The translations under genes were made by a program, and so were the position numbers. Below the pieces are notes generated by a model. The model worked only from the letters and a program-made list of their open reading frames with translations. It ran no database searches and had not been told where the DNA came from. A stretch of DNA of 63,889 nucleotides, filler included, from Welwitschia mirabilis (Eukaryota): assembly GCA_051453625.1 (NCBI GenBank). It is 7 parts of one record of this genome, joined end to end, with 100 filler letters (N's around TTAATTAATTAA, not from the genome) between each part and the next. Parts side by side here need not be neighbours in the genome. Positions count along the whole stretch, not along the records: positions 11,887 to 33,081 come from JBOZIK010000001.1; 6 more parts are not named here. One strand, 5' to 3'. Shown here one piece after another: positions 14,050 through 27,917 of the stretch. The number at the start of each line of letters is the position of its first letter. The first letter of the stretch is position 1.

Positions 14050-15142
14050 AATCATGGCTATTCATTTGATTTTTTTACGAACTGACAAGGCTAAGTGAGC
14101 GACTATGTTGTACTGCTAACTTGTATGTATTTGATAAGGTATTTTGACTAGTTTTGCAGGGCATTAAATAGGTTTATGTTGAATTTTAATGATAATGGAG
14201 AAATAAGATGAATGATACAAAAAGATGAAATCTTCATTACATTTTACAGCATTTGAGGTAGTTTATAATATTTCCTATTTGAAGTAAAAATCCTCTAAAC
14301 AATAAGGATAATGTAATATATTAATAATTATAAAAAAGCCTATCATCCATCTCATCGTCTGGATGACTGTATAGATGACAAAACACTCAAGCAAAGGAGG
14401 ATGTCAACTAGATTGATTTGGTAATTGATGTGGAACTTATAAGATGAAATCATCTCCTATATTGTCTGGATGACCAAGAGGATGATACCAGAGATAGATG
14501 CTTCACCAAACTTCACCAAACTCTAGCCATTTATCTCACTTTTTTGGCATTGTTGTTAAGGTTGTTCATGCATCTATTAGTCTTATTTATTTTTAGAGTC
14601 TATTTTGCAAAAAAAAACCTCCTTCGCCCTCAACTCTGTTTCATTATTGTTTGCACTAAAAATTCTCATGACATAAGATCAAAGGGCTAGAGATCCATTT
14701 ATTATTTTTGTAAAGAGACATCTTCCTTGGTATTAGGCTATGTATCCTTTATTGAGATGATGCTCCTTTATAACATATATGTTGATTCGATTCTAATCAA
14801 AACTTTGTTTCTCTTTTAATATCTTTATTTTGTTCATGTCCCTTATGGTTTATGTTTCTTCTAATTCTATAATAGCTTCTTTAGTGATATATATCATAAG
14901 GGCAATCTTTGTTAATATTGACATTGTTAGTTTATGTGCATTGTATTTTCTTTTCTAGATCAACTTTCATTTTATTTATATAAGTTATTTACATTGATAT
15001 TTCTGCATTATTATTTTATTTCTACTTTAAGGATACATAGTGTTTTATTTCCTATATTAATTTATTTTCTTCCTACCTATGCTTTTAAGAAGAATATAAC
15101 ATTTGGATTACTCTCTTGTATATTAGTGTGTTCTATTATGCA
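14050..15142 (+). mobile_element. Athila-type LTR (left boundary approximate)
   Basis: Homologous to 30520-31579: GAACTGACAAGGCTAAG near the start and ACATTTGG..ACTC..TATATTAG.GTG.T.TATTATGCA at the end. Confidence 0.7.
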
Positions 15143-15147
15143 ATCTT

Positions 15148-15194
<47 letters not shown>
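15148..15194. repeat. Compound (TA)n(TG)n microsatellite
   Basis: Seen directly, immediately after the LTR end. Confidence 0.95.
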
Positions 15195-15198
<4 letters not shown>

Positions 15199-15732
15199 GA
15201 TAAGATCTACTTCAAAATGTAATATTTGAAAAAATACACACCACAACATCATGGTAAAATAAGTCTACTCATTTATCATTATTGGTTCTAGGTAAGAGTG
15301 CATGTACTTGTTCAAATGCTCATTTATTTCAAAAAGCATAAAATCTATTAATCTTATAACACAAGGAAGAAAATTTTTATTCATAATATAGTAGCCTATT
15401 ACATTTACCAAGAATTTAAATAAGTAAGTAAGATATAAATATATTATTATGTCTTCTTGAAATTTTCAATTTATGATTTTATCATGTTATTTTAATTTCT
15501 TACATAATGGCATTATCTAATTTTAAATGTTTGGATAGCTTTTTTTATAAAAATATTTTAACATAATTTTTATCATTTTGATGGTAAATTATGGAAATTA
15601 CAAACTAAGGTTAATTTAAGATGCCATCTTATTTTTATAAGACCTTTAAATATGGATAATTATTGATTTGATTAAAAGCTTAATATACTTAATATTTAAG
15701 AAAATAAGGTTTACAAAAAATGGGATATGACA

Positions 15733-15745
15733 TCCTCCCCCACTT
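15733..15745 (-). other. Polypurine tract of the Tekay element
   Basis: Minus strand AAGTGGGGGAGGA directly followed by TGTCATATCCC (3' LTR begins at 15732). Confidence 0.85.
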
Positions 15746-18700
15746 AGATCAATTTACTCCTACAAATCAAAATACATAAAGAGCTTAAGAACATCTAACT
15801 AAATGTTATAAGATTCAAAAGGATTTAGGTATTGATTTTTCATTGTTTCCTCTAGTTCCTAAGTAGTTTTATCAAGACTATGATTACTCAACTTTATCTT
15901 TACTTGGTATATCTCCTTGGTTCATATATTAATAGTTCATTCGTCTAGTACTACTTCTGGCTTATTTATAGTTAAACAATCTTATTCCACCTAAATATGA
16001 AACCAATTTAATACATGATAAGGTTCTCTATTATACTTTATTAGCATACTTACATAGAAAACAACATGCATCTGTAATAATCAAGGAGGTATTGTAAGCT
16101 TGTATGCAATAGATCCAACTCTTTCTAATATTTTAAATGATCTAATGAATCAAGAAGTTATTTTGATATCCTAATTCTTGTCATTATTGATTTCATTGGT
16201 AACACTTTAAAAAATCCATGATCATTTGTTTTAAACTCAAGAACTCTTCTTCAATAGTCTATACATCTTTTATTTGTTTGCTGCTTTTTTAAGTCTATTC
16301 TTAATAATTCTCATTTTACTTTTCATTTCTTATAACATTTTTAGTTCTATTATTAATCTTTCTCTAGGTTCTATCCATGAAGTAGGTGATCTATACTTTC
16401 TATCGTATAGGGATTCAAATGGAGCCATTTGAATNNNNNNNNNNNNNNNNNNNNTATATGCAAGTTTTACCAATGGTAGGTACTCTTCCCAACTCTTATA
16501 ACTATCTGAATACATGCTCTAAGAAAACCTTTTAAATTTTAATTAACTCTTTTTACCTAATTATCTATTTGAGGATGAAATGTAGTGATCATATTTATTT
16601 AGTTCCTAAACCCATTTATAATTCTTATCAAAACTTAGAATTAAATTTTGAATCTCTATCAAAGATAAATACTAGAGATACATCATGCAACTGAATAACA
16701 TTTTAAATATATGTTTTAGCTATATCGTTAGCATCATAATTATANNNNNNNNNNNNNNNNNNNNNNNNNNNNNNNNNNNNATCAATTATTACCATAATTG
16801 AGTCATCATTTCTTTGAGTTTTTGAAAGTCCTACAATAAAGTTCATGTAAATCACATCCCATTTATAGTCTAAAATATCATGAGAATAAAGTAATCCTAC
16901 TAGATTTCTATATTTTTCTTTATCTTATTAATAATTAGGGCATCTTGACAAAAATTATACTACATCCTTTTTCATCCTTGATTACCAAAATTTTTATTTC
17001 ATATTTTGATACATTTTAGTCCCTCTAGGATGACCTGCTATAAGTGGATTATAAAATTCAAACATTATCTTATGGCTAATTTCATCTACATTAGAAACCA
17101 AAAATATTCCCTTAAATTTCATAATGTCATTTGAATTAATATTAAAATTCTCTAGATCTGTTAGTTTTTCTAACTAGTCCTTTAATATTTAATAATTCTC
17201 ATCCTTTTTTAATCCCTCTAACATAATGATAGGAATTTTGCTTTAGATTTTCATGATTACTTTAAAATAACATTTTCTACTAAGATCATCTACAACATTA
17301 TTTNNNNNNNNNNNNNNNNNNNNNNNNNNNNNNNNNNNNNNNNNNNNNNNNNNNNNNNNNNNNNNNNNNNNNNNNNNNNNNNNNNNNNNNNNNNNNNNNN
17401 NNNNNNNNNNNNNNNNNNNNNNNNNNNNNNNNNNNNNNNNNNNNNNNNNNNNNNNNNNNNNNNNNNNNNNNNNNNNNNNNNNNNNNNNNNNNNNNNNNNN
17501 NNNNNNNNNNNNNNNNNNNNNNNNNNNNNNNNNNNNNNNNNNNNNNNNNNNNNNNNNNNNNNNNNNNNNNNNNNNNNNNNNNNNNNNNNNNNNNNNNNNN
17601 NNNNNNNNNNNNTTTAGATTTTCATGATTACTTTAAAATAATATTTTCTACTAAGATCATCTACAACATTATTTCTCTTACCTTCATGGTATAAAATATC
17701 TAGATCAACATCACATAAAAATTTCATCTATCTTCTTTGCCCACAGTTTAAGTTTGGCTAAGTAAGAATCTATTTTAAATTCTTATGATTTGTCCAAACT
17801 TAAAACTTTACACCATAAAGGTAATGCTTTCATAATTTTAAAGCAAAACTTACTGTAGCTAATTCAAGATTATGAACAGGATAATTTTTCTCATGAATTT
17901 TAAGTTATCTTGATTCATAGGCTATTACTTTTTATCTCATTTAAGCATTGCTTCAATACCTTCTCTAATGCATCGATATAAACTGAAAAGATCTTTGAAT
18001 CTTCTAGTATTGCTAAGATTGAAGTACTAGTTAAGCATTCTTTAAGACAATAAATGATTTCTAATATTTTTTATTTATTGAAAGTCTTTTTTGTTTTTTT
18101 AAAGGCTTATTAATGAAGAAGCTATTTTATGGAAGTTGAAGATGAATCAACGATAGTACCCAACAAGACCAAGAAAGATTCTAACCTTAATAATAATTGT
18201 ACATATTAATCATTCCATAATTGCTCTAACTTTATCTTGATCCACTAATATGCCTTCATTAGATATTACATGACTAAAAATTGAATGGATTCCTTCCAAA
18301 AATAATAGTTTTTCATGTCGACATATAATTGATAATTCTGTAAAGTTTGTAATACCATTCTCAAGTGTTTATCATTCCCTTTATAAGTGTTAAAATAATT
18401 AAGTCTATCATTAATATACTATTATAAAGAAATAAAGATGTAATTAAAAGATGTAATTCATAAGACTTATAAATATTGTAGAGGCATAAGCTAAATCAAA
18501 AGGCATAATAGTAAACTCATAATGTTCATAAGGGGTTCTAAACATTGTTTTATGAATATCTTCTTCTTTAATTCAAACTTGATGATATTTAAATCTTAGA
18601 TCAACTTTTGAAGATACCTTATCTTCCTTGAGTTGATCAAATAGTCATCTATTCTTGGTAGTGAATACTTCTTTTTTATGGTAACCTTATTTAGCTATCT

Positions 18701-19580
18701 ATAATTAATGCATAATCTTAATATTCCATCCTTCTTTTTTACAAATGATACAGATGCTTTCCATGGTGATACACTAAGATGAATGAATCCTTCTTGTAAG
18801 AGTTTTTCAAGCTGAGTTTTTAATTCTTTCATTTCTATAAAAGACATTCTATATGGTTCCTTAGAAATTGGTTAGGCTCTTGGAACCAATTCAATAGAAA
18901 ACTCAACTTCTGAAGTGGTGGCATTTCTAGTAATTTTATTAAAAATACATCAAGATATTCTTAGACTATTGGTATATTATTTACTAAAGTTCCTCATTCT
19001 TTTAAGCTACTTGATTTTAGATATAGCATATAAATTAGTAATTCCCTTTTAATTTCTCTTTTTATATGATTTACATTAATTAAATTCTTTACTTCTAGTT
19101 TGTAATAATCTTATAAGATTAGTCTTTAACCATGATTCATCACTTTTACTTGATGCTTTTTATAATTTTTACCTGCTCTATTCTATATTAACTAATTTAT
19201 ACCAAAAATAATATCATATTTTCCTAACTTAATAACAATTGGTTGTATCTAAAAATATCCCCCACTTTTACATAAAGTACAGTTTTGAACTTGCTAATTA
19301 GCTTTGGACATGGATCCATTTGCTAACTCTGTGCATTATTTAATTGGAGTACAACATAAATTTTCTCTTATAATAATTTTAGGATATATAAATTAATGTA
19401 TTGCTTTATAATTAAATAAAATAATTAATTTTTTATTATTAAGTAAATCCTTACCTTCTATGACAGAGCTTTGAAATTACACCCTTTGATTATCTACTAA
19501 TTCTTGAAGTAATCGTATTGATTGAGAAATAGTTTTTGAGCCTTGAGGCTTTTATAGTTGTTATTTGGAAAGGTATCTAT

Positions 19581-20072
19581 TGATATGATTGAGAACCCTA
19601 GAAGACGGGTTAATAGATTCTTAAAAATAAAATAGAGTATTGTAAATAAAACAAAGATATATTAAAAACTTACGCAAAATGATTCACTAATTTAAAACGT
19701 GCATGAAAATAAAAGCTAACAGAAGTAAAGAAAAGAACTATCTAAAATAACAAAATACCAAATATATGCATGTAGGATTTATAGTGGTTTAGGAATCTCC
19801 TACTCCACTCTCAATCCCATTAGAAATCTAGTTGACCCCTCTGAATTTAGTTCAATTTCTGAGTGTCTACTTCAAGTGTGGTCGATCCCTTAGAAGTCTG
19901 GTCGACTCCTTAATAGGTTAAATGAACTTGAAAGGTTTCTAGTGCTTATAATTCAATGGTTTTAATTTTATCTTTAGACCTGCAAGTGATTAATATCTTC
20001 TGCACAAGGTACATAAAATTTGCTACCCAGAAAACATTAGTTTGACATCAATTAGCAAAACATAATCTAGTA
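19581..20072 (-). mobile_element. 3' LTR of the nested Sirevirus (internally deleted, 492 bp)
   Basis: Matches both ends of the 24278-25922 LTR, joined at TCAAT (19811-19815). Confidence 0.9.
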
Positions 20073-20679
20073 ATATCGCCATTTGACATCGATGACAAAC
20101 ATTACTTATTTGTGAAAATATTTAGAACTTAGAAAAAATCCCCCTCACAAAATGCCTATTATTCTTTTACAAAATTTTACATCTTTTGAAACCAAGTTAA
20201 GACATTTTGTATAATCAAATTTTGTGCTTAAAAATGAAACAATTTTAAGATGCACATTTGAAAGGTTAAGAACACAAATTTTATGAAGAGCACAATGTGA
20301 TCATATAAACCATTTAACATATTGATCAGTTAATACATTTTAGAGTTCCCTTCTAGTATTAGACATCAACATTTAAATCTATGAAATAACCATCATTGGA
20401 AAAACATGTTAAGCACATATGATTTGTACAAGTACAAAAGGATTTGAGATACCAATTGAGAATAATTTAGAGCATAAAATGGAGTGTATGAAGATTCTAT
20501 TAAACATATGCAAACATTACAAAATAAAAGTTCTCATCAAGAGGATACTACATTTGAAATTATAAGTAAACATCTAACACCAAACAAGTAATTCTCCTCT
20601 TTTTGACATAAATGATAAAGGGGAGAATAAGAACATATAAGAAAAACATAATTTAAAGCTTCTAAGTAGATTTCTCCTC

Positions 20680-21705
20680 CTATTTTTCTTCCTCTTTAGA
20701 GTCTTCTTCTGAATCTTCTTCATCTTTTCTCATGCATGTTGGGCTAATGGCCTCTACTGAAGTGTCATTAATACCATATCCAGCTACTATAAGTGCTTCC
20801 TTCATGTGTCTTGTATACAAATCAATCCATTTTAGATATGATAAAGTCTCATCAAGAGAGGCTTCCTTTGAAGAGGGTGACTTTGTGGATTTCTTGAAAG
20901 GGGTAAAGATATGCATATGAGATAAAGTTTCATGCCTAATGGGTGCTATAGGATGAAGGGTTTTAAGTTTTGGATGGAAGGTTACACAAAAATAATGATA
21001 CAAGTTTATGATAAGTACAGAGTAGGGTAATGCCTTAGTCTTGTGATACTCCACCTAAGAGATCATATTCTTCAGTATAATGACACGAGCATCAATAGAA
21101 TTCTCTGTCCCTACTAGATACATTAGATAGGCTTTGTAGCTAGAGGCCTCATCATGATGCCTAGCTAAAGGTAAGAAATTATAAGTGAAAATCAAGTGTA
21201 GAAAGTAGTACTTTGGTGTTAATAAAGAAGTGAAGAAAGTGTGTTTCCAAAAGTAAACCTTACCACAGATCTCCCTGGTAATAGTAGGCTTATCTTCTAT
21301 GATGTCTCAAAGAGGTCAAAACTTTTCATAATTACCTATGGGAAAATCAGTCAGATCAGAAATGAGATTTGCGATTACTCTTAACCACTTCCCCAAAACA
21401 AGGGTTTCAAGGATTCCTGATTCAAGATCATAAAAAGAATTATAATAAAACATGTGAGTAAGAAATGAATAAATAGAGCTAGAAATACCTAGAAAATAAT
21501 CAAGACCCTAATTCCTTAGGAATTGAATGACATCCTTGAGCTCTCTTAGCTGTGAGGTTATCACATACTGTTCTTGAAATACTGGCTTGTTCTCGAACTT
21601 CTCTAAGAACTTGTCAACATCTTTCTTAGACATTCCATGGTAGAAAAGGGTAGGATCTCTTGAAGGAGATTTCTTAACTCTTCTCTTGGATGAGATTTTA
21701 ACCAT
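20680..21705 (-). pseudogene. Sirevirus extra (env-like) ORF remnant
   Basis: ORFs 21508-21705 and 20680-21054 plus the sequence between them read as one decayed protein (MVKISSKRR..; IYSFLTHMFYYN; FLPLARHHDEAS; SIDARVIILKNMI; ALPYSVLI; acidic tail). Its position upstream of the multiple PPTs is typical of Sireviruses. Confidence 0.75.
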
Positions 21706-22157
21706 TTCTAAGAACCTGGAAGCAAGAAATCTAAAAGAAAGACCATAGATCTGAGATCAAAGCTCTGGATCTAGAAGGAAAAACTCTAGATCTAAGAGAT
21801 AGAAAAGGCTAGAACATAGGAAAATCAATTTAAGGACCTCTTTCTTTTATAGATAAGGTTAAATAAGGCAAAATGAAAAAATAAATTAGGACCACCAATG
21901 GTACTTCTGCACTGTGATCTATCAGGCTCAATCGACTGGTTGAGATTCCATTCAGCCTATCGAGATGTAGGTCTATAGTACAAGAAAGGGTCCCAGCGAC
22001 TAGGATTTTAAACTGGTCAATCGACCACATCCAGTTGACTGAATCATAGATCCCATGAACCGCCCTGTAATCAACCAGAGGATAACAAGTAAACCTCCAG
22101 TTTATTTTTATGATTGATAAGTAAATTCTAGAAAATAAGGTGTTACTTCAGAGTTTT

Positions 22158-24209
22158 CTAGAAAACATTCATATTTATTAAATTTAAGCTAATATTTCTA
22201 TTTTTCATGTTATAGTTTGAATAATTTAAGTGATCAATTAAACAAGTATCTATTCTATAAATATTATCTACTCTTTTGCAGTAAGAATAACAACGTTTAT
22301 TGTCACATTTCAATTTTTTTAAAATTACTTTGTGACCTTTGTTGCATAATTGACTAATGCTCAATAAGTTATGTTTCAATCCATTTACATAAAGTACATC
22401 ATTAAGTTTAGATAACTTACCCCATTTGATGCATCATGTACCTTCTATTTTTGTCTTTTAATTGTTTCTAAAAATGACCTCTTCCCCATTAATACTCCTT
22501 AGATGTTGAAAGTTTGATCTTTCTCCAGTCATATGTCTTAAGCATCCACTGTCTAGATACTAACTATTTGTACTTCATCTTTTGAGAGCTATCTATGTTA
22601 AAAAACTTTTGAGATTATTAGCTCTTACCTAGTTAGTCTTATTAGACTTAGGTGGTATAATTCTTTTAGGAATGAATTTAACTGGTAAATAATTTACAGA
22701 ATCTACGAAAAGCATTAATTTTCTAACATTGCAAAATAGATTTAAATATCAAATTTACTATAAAAGTTACATGAAATTTTAGAAGTATACTTACATTGCT
22801 TGCTTACCTGTTCTTGTGGATTTTGTGAACTAAAACTGATACCTGATCTATATTCAATAGGTTTTCACACTCTAAGCATCTGTTTTAATTTAGANNNNNN
22901 NNNNCAAAGAAGGATAGATATTTTACCTATGATAATAGATTGGCATTGTCAGATTTTAGCATGTTGTACTTCATTTCCATTTCCTCTTTCTCTTTAGTGA
23001 GAGTCTTCACTACTCTATTAAGATCATTTATCCTTTTAGCTAGCTTTTCACATTTATCATCTAGTTTTTGACATGTATCTTCTAACTCATTCTCTTCTTC
23101 ATTAATCATGTACAAATCATCAGGATCTGACATGCTAGGTAAGGTTTTAAGAGAAGTCACAATCACCATGAAAAATAACTTTCTGTCTCTATTTGACTCT
23201 TGTTTTGAATAGCTATCACTATCATCATCCTCATTTCCCATGTTGCAATAAAAGAGAGATTCTTTATTTTCCTATTATCGCTTCTTGTATTGGTTCACTC
23301 ATTTACCATATGATCAAAACCTTTGCATGAGTAGAATTAAATTTCTTTATCTTTTTCTTGCTCCTTTTTGTGTTTTAGATGATTCCTTTTTTATTTTCTA
23401 CTTAACTCTCCTTCCTTTTTCTTTCTATATAGAAACTTCCTGAATCTTCTATCTAGAAGAGCCTTTTCATCATCGTCCAAGTCCTCATCTGACCTTTCAG
23501 ATCTGTAGTCTTCCTGCACATATTTTACAGTAATACCTTTCTTATTATCTTTAACAAATTTTAGTTTATAGGTTTGCAAATTACCTTGTAGTTCTTCTAG
23601 AGCCATTACATTTATGTTTTTTCTCTCCTTAATGGCTATGATCTTTTGTTTGAATCTCTTAAGTAGAGATCTTAAAACTTTCCTCACCACCTTTCCTTCA
23701 TCCTAGCATTCTCCAAGGCTTGCCATAGAGTTTATGATATTAGTGATTTTAGCAAAGAATTCCTATAAGATCACCTCTTTGTCCATATAGATGTCTTCAA
23801 ATTTTGAAATAAGCATTTGAAGGCTTGCTTGATTTATAGTTGAGGTTCCTTCATGTGCTACTTCAAGAATATTCTAAGCTTCTTTAAAATTATTACAGTT
23901 CACTATGTGCTTAAACTCATTTGCACAAACTGCACAAAATATTGCACTAAGAGCATGTGCATCTGTGGTGGCTTTTGACTTATCATTGGAGGTGCATTGA
24001 TCTCAGGCTTTAAGAACTAAGATAGTATTATTGTTAACATTCGTTTAAATTAACATAGGTATAGAATAACCTTTACAAATAACCTCTTCTATACCAGCAT
24101 CTAAATATCTAAGAAATATTCTCATTCTGGCTTTCTAGTAAGCATAGTTTAACCCATCAAATGTGTATGGATGACTAGCAAAAAAAAAACCATCAGAGAG
24201 ATTACTCAT
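22158..24209 (-). pseudogene. Sirevirus gag-protease remnant
   Basis: ATG at 24209. ORFs 23391-23690 (copia gag/UBN2-like), 22927-23241 (coiled coil typical of SIRE gag) and 22158-22379. Zinc knuckle remnant FYSCKGFDHMVNE at ~23300-23335. Confidence 0.85.
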
Positions 24210-24277
24210 TATAGGGTTCTAAAGTCTAGATCATTTAAAATATAAAAAAAGACTTAACTNNNNNNNNNNATACTAAT

Positions 24278-25922
24278 TAATATGATTAAGAACCATAGAG
24301 GAGGGATGAATAGATTCTTAACATAAAGTAGAGTATTCTAAATAAACCAAAGATATATCAAAAACTTACACAAAATAATTTACTAATTTAAACATGCATG
24401 AAAAGAAAAGCTAATAAAAGTGAAGAAAAGAACTAACTGAAAGCACAAAATACCAAATAAATACACGTAGGATTTATAGTGGTTCAAAAAACATCCTACT
24501 CCACTCTCAATGATTGGCTTATCACTAAGCTTGATCTGGATCTTTATTACTCCATCAGGTATTCTAGGTTCACTTGTAACCTTTACAAATGGATTTTTCT
24601 AGGCTTAGTCTCAACCTTTCAATGGACTTTTTAAGGCTTAGTATCCATCTTTGAATAGACTTTTCAAGGCTTATTCTCAACCTTTGAACAGACTTTTTAA
24701 GGCTTAGTTTTAATCTTTCACAATCTAAAATACTGATGTAATGACGCTAAGTTGCACAGATATCACTCATTCTTGATATAGTAGATTTGATGGAGCTCTT
24801 CTCCTATAGATGTATAACAGATAAAGCACTAGTTCTGATCTTGAATGTACAGATAAAATAGACAATAGATCTTCTTTATTTAGGAGTCCAAATACCAAGA
24901 CTGAATAGTGAATATTACAATATTTTAGTACTTTCTCATGAGTTCCAAAAGGTTTAAAAGTTTGACTTAAAAAAAAGTCCTTTTGTCATCTATCTCTTGG
25001 CTATTTATATTGGAAGGTTTTTAGAATTTATTACATTTGAAAATATGCTTCCAAAGGCTATAAATGGCTATAAAACAACTATCTAATGGATATATAATCG
25101 ATATAAAATGGATAGAAAATTTTAGTTCTTTTTTTCGGTCAACTCCTCAAAAGTCCAGTCGGCCCCATCTAGTGTGATGACTTACACAGGTTATCTAAAT
25201 GAAATTTTCGGTTGCTCCAATTTCTTATGGCTCCATGTCTAGTTGATCCCATCTAGTTCCAGTCGACTCCCATTCTGTCGCTTACTATTAAATCTGGTCA
25301 CCTACTTATCCTGATAAAGATCTTTCTAGTTTTCAGCATTAGGTTCAGTCAACCCCTTCAGGTGTCCAGTCAACCTCATGATAATTGGCTTAGGAGTATC
25401 AGTTGTACAATGCTCAGTTCTAGTCAACTTCTTTAATGGTCCAATTGATTCCTTGACAATCGATTCAGGATTAGTATTCCTTGGTTCACATATCCGATCG
25501 ACCCCATCATAAGTCTAGTCGATCCCTTGTCATTTAGTCCAGGGATACTGTTATCAGATCCTTAAATCTGGTTGACTCCATAAATGTCTGATTAACCCCT
25601 TTACATTGGGTTTATGGATACTGGCTCTCAAGGTTATAGGTTCGATCAATCCCATTAGAAATTCAGTTAATCCCTCTAAAGTGAGTTCAATTTCTGAGTG
25701 TCTGCTTTAGGTTCAATCCATCCTTTATCTGTTGATTCCTCTAAAGTTTAGTTGATACCTCAAAAGAGTAAATGAACTTGATAGGTTTATAGTACTCACA
25801 ATTCAATGGTTTTGGTTTCATCTTTATACCTACAAGTTATTAACATTTTTTGCATAAAATACACAAAATTTACTACACAGAAAACATTAGTTTGACATCA
25901 ATTAGTAAAACATAATCTAACA
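24278..25922 (-). mobile_element. 5' LTR of the nested Sirevirus (1645 bp)
   Basis: Starts TGTTAGATTATG on the minus strand. Array of GTCGAC-derived motifs at 25130-25760. PBS remnant (ATACTA at 24270-24275) runs into an N gap. Confidence 0.9.
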
Positions 25923-27917
25923 TCTATTATGTAATGGACATTCTCTTATATTATAATTTCCTTTACAATAGTAGCGCTAATATCTATTATACTAATTCTA
26001 ATATTAATAGTTACTAGGATTTTGTTAGATGTTGGATCTATGGTGTTGATTACTTACACAACTTTGACTAGGAATATTCCAGTTTTTTTTGAATGGAGTC
26101 TACTTTAATTGATTAAAATTCTTGTTTTTACTATTACTACTACTAACAGTATTCTGGTGAAGTTTTAATTATTATTTTGATAAGACATTTGTGATTGGTT
26201 TTCTTTAAGAATATACCTAAAAAATTCTTTTCTTAATTTCTTATTATATTTGCAAGTTTTGTTCTACTATCTTTTTCTTTTCTATAGCCTTTACTAAACT
26301 CTTAGGTTGAAACATGGATACTTTGGTATCAATAAAAGGAAGAAGACTATCAATAAATAGATTTTTTTTAGCTTCTTTGTCTAGATGCATATGTGACATA
26401 TATCTTAATAATTCTATAAATTTACATTCATGAGATGCTATGGTTATATTATAAGCTTATCTTAGATTGTAGAATTCTGTAAACTTCTGGCAAATATAGA
26501 ACTTGGTAATGTACCTATTCTTAAAGATGTGCTTAAATTCTTTCCATAAAAGTTTTAGATCTCCTAACTTGGTCATTTTTATTTTCCACCATATCTTAGC
26601 CTCTCCTTGTAACTTATAAATAGTTAAAGAAGCCTTTTCGTATTCATCACATCCTAAGGTACATATAACCTTTTTAACATCACTCAGCCATACTTGTACT
26701 TTAGAAGGAGCTGAGCCTTCTACAAACTTTGATGAATTTAGCTTAATAAACATTTGCATTAATTTCTTCATACCCACTTCCTTATGCTAATTGATATCAT
26801 TATTTACTTGTGGGTTTTGACCTTTATTTGCTATTTTTGATAGGAACTACATAAAGATCTTTGTCAATGCTTTTGGATTAAGGTTAAATGAGGTTTGATT
26901 TCCATCATTAGATTGTTGACTTTCTTATGAATTCTCTTGATGTTAATTACTTAGTGCAACTGACTTGACCTCAAGATTTAACTAATGATGATGAAGAATC
27001 TGAAAGAAGGGGAAATTTTTATAGATTACATTTTAAAATAGGATAGATATTATTAAAGGTTAAACTTAGAAATATTTTATAATCTTAGAAGGGACATGGT
27101 TATCATTATGAGGTGATGGATTATTATTTATATCTTAAAGTACATAATAGATAAGGTCTATAAGTTATGACTTTCGATTTTTACTTTAAAGTTATATGAC
27201 TATATAATTTAGGATGACTAACTTCATTGGAGATTTGATTATTTCCAAGAGTATCTAACTATAAGGTACTATTTATGTACTTATATTTCTTGCAAAAGTT
27301 AAGCTCTTTAAGGAATAATATAAGCTTGTTGTCATAAATTCTTAAGATAATTTTAATTCTTCTATGATTATTATTTATAGCTATAAGGTAACAAATTCTT
27401 TAATGACTTAAATTCATCATCCTTCTTAGTTTGTTAAGGTATTTAGAATGATCATAAATATAATTAGTATAAGGGTCACTAAGGATTTGGGGTTATAATT
27501 AACCCTATGAATACTTTGGTAACTATGTCAATATAATTAACTTTTGGGATTATTAAGGTGCTAAGATTATTATTAGTTAATCTTTGTAATTATTGGGATT
27601 AACATGAATGTAATTTGGTATATATTTAAGAAGTAGGAAAATAATAAGTATAATGAAATTGATAACTATTAGAAGATAGGATTAAATTCATGATTATCTA
27701 ATAGTTAGAGTTATCTTGGAATCTAATATTATCAAGAATATAATTGAGTTTACTCATAGTTTAAGATTCTTAAGGATATAACTAACTTTATAGCTATTAG
27801 GGATTAAGGTTACTATGGTTACAACTAACTTTATGATCACTAAGGATAAAGGTTGTTAAAAATTTATTTAGATTTATATTCTTATAAATTTATAAGTATT
27901 ATTTAAGTTAACCTAAA

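Larger units (their letters stand above)
7850..15142 (+). mobile_element. Second, 5'-truncated Athila-type gypsy element: RNase H-integrase, long 3' region with extra ORF, 3' LTR
   Basis: Plus strand: YTNHAIIRYLITKK..ILLMKKFNLTIIDKE (RNase H end, ~7910-8030), VTIDYVTKWIEAIPT (~8592), NSNREIRK (~8825) and KLTSKWVSSYLIEKLHSNGFVEI (~9230-9300). LTR-like sequence at ~14050-15142. Confidence 0.85.
19581..25922 (-). mobile_element. Sirevirus (SIRE-type Ty1/copia), non-autonomous: LTR-gag-protease-extra ORF-LTR, TSD TCTAT
   Basis: Homologous LTRs at 19581-20072 and 24278-25922. TCTAT at 19576-19580 and 25923-25927. Copia gag (FDGLNYAY*KARMRIFL; VRKVLRSLLKRFKQKIIAIKE; LEELQGNLQTY) and protease YLDSGCLRHMTGE (~22520-22560), then LKHNLLSISQLC. 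Several PPT-like tracts at 20073-20680. Confidence 0.93.

Noticed and set aside
17242..17674. Direct repeat 17242-17303 / 17612-17673 around a gap
   Set aside because: Unmerged overlap: pol reads through if the gap is closed.
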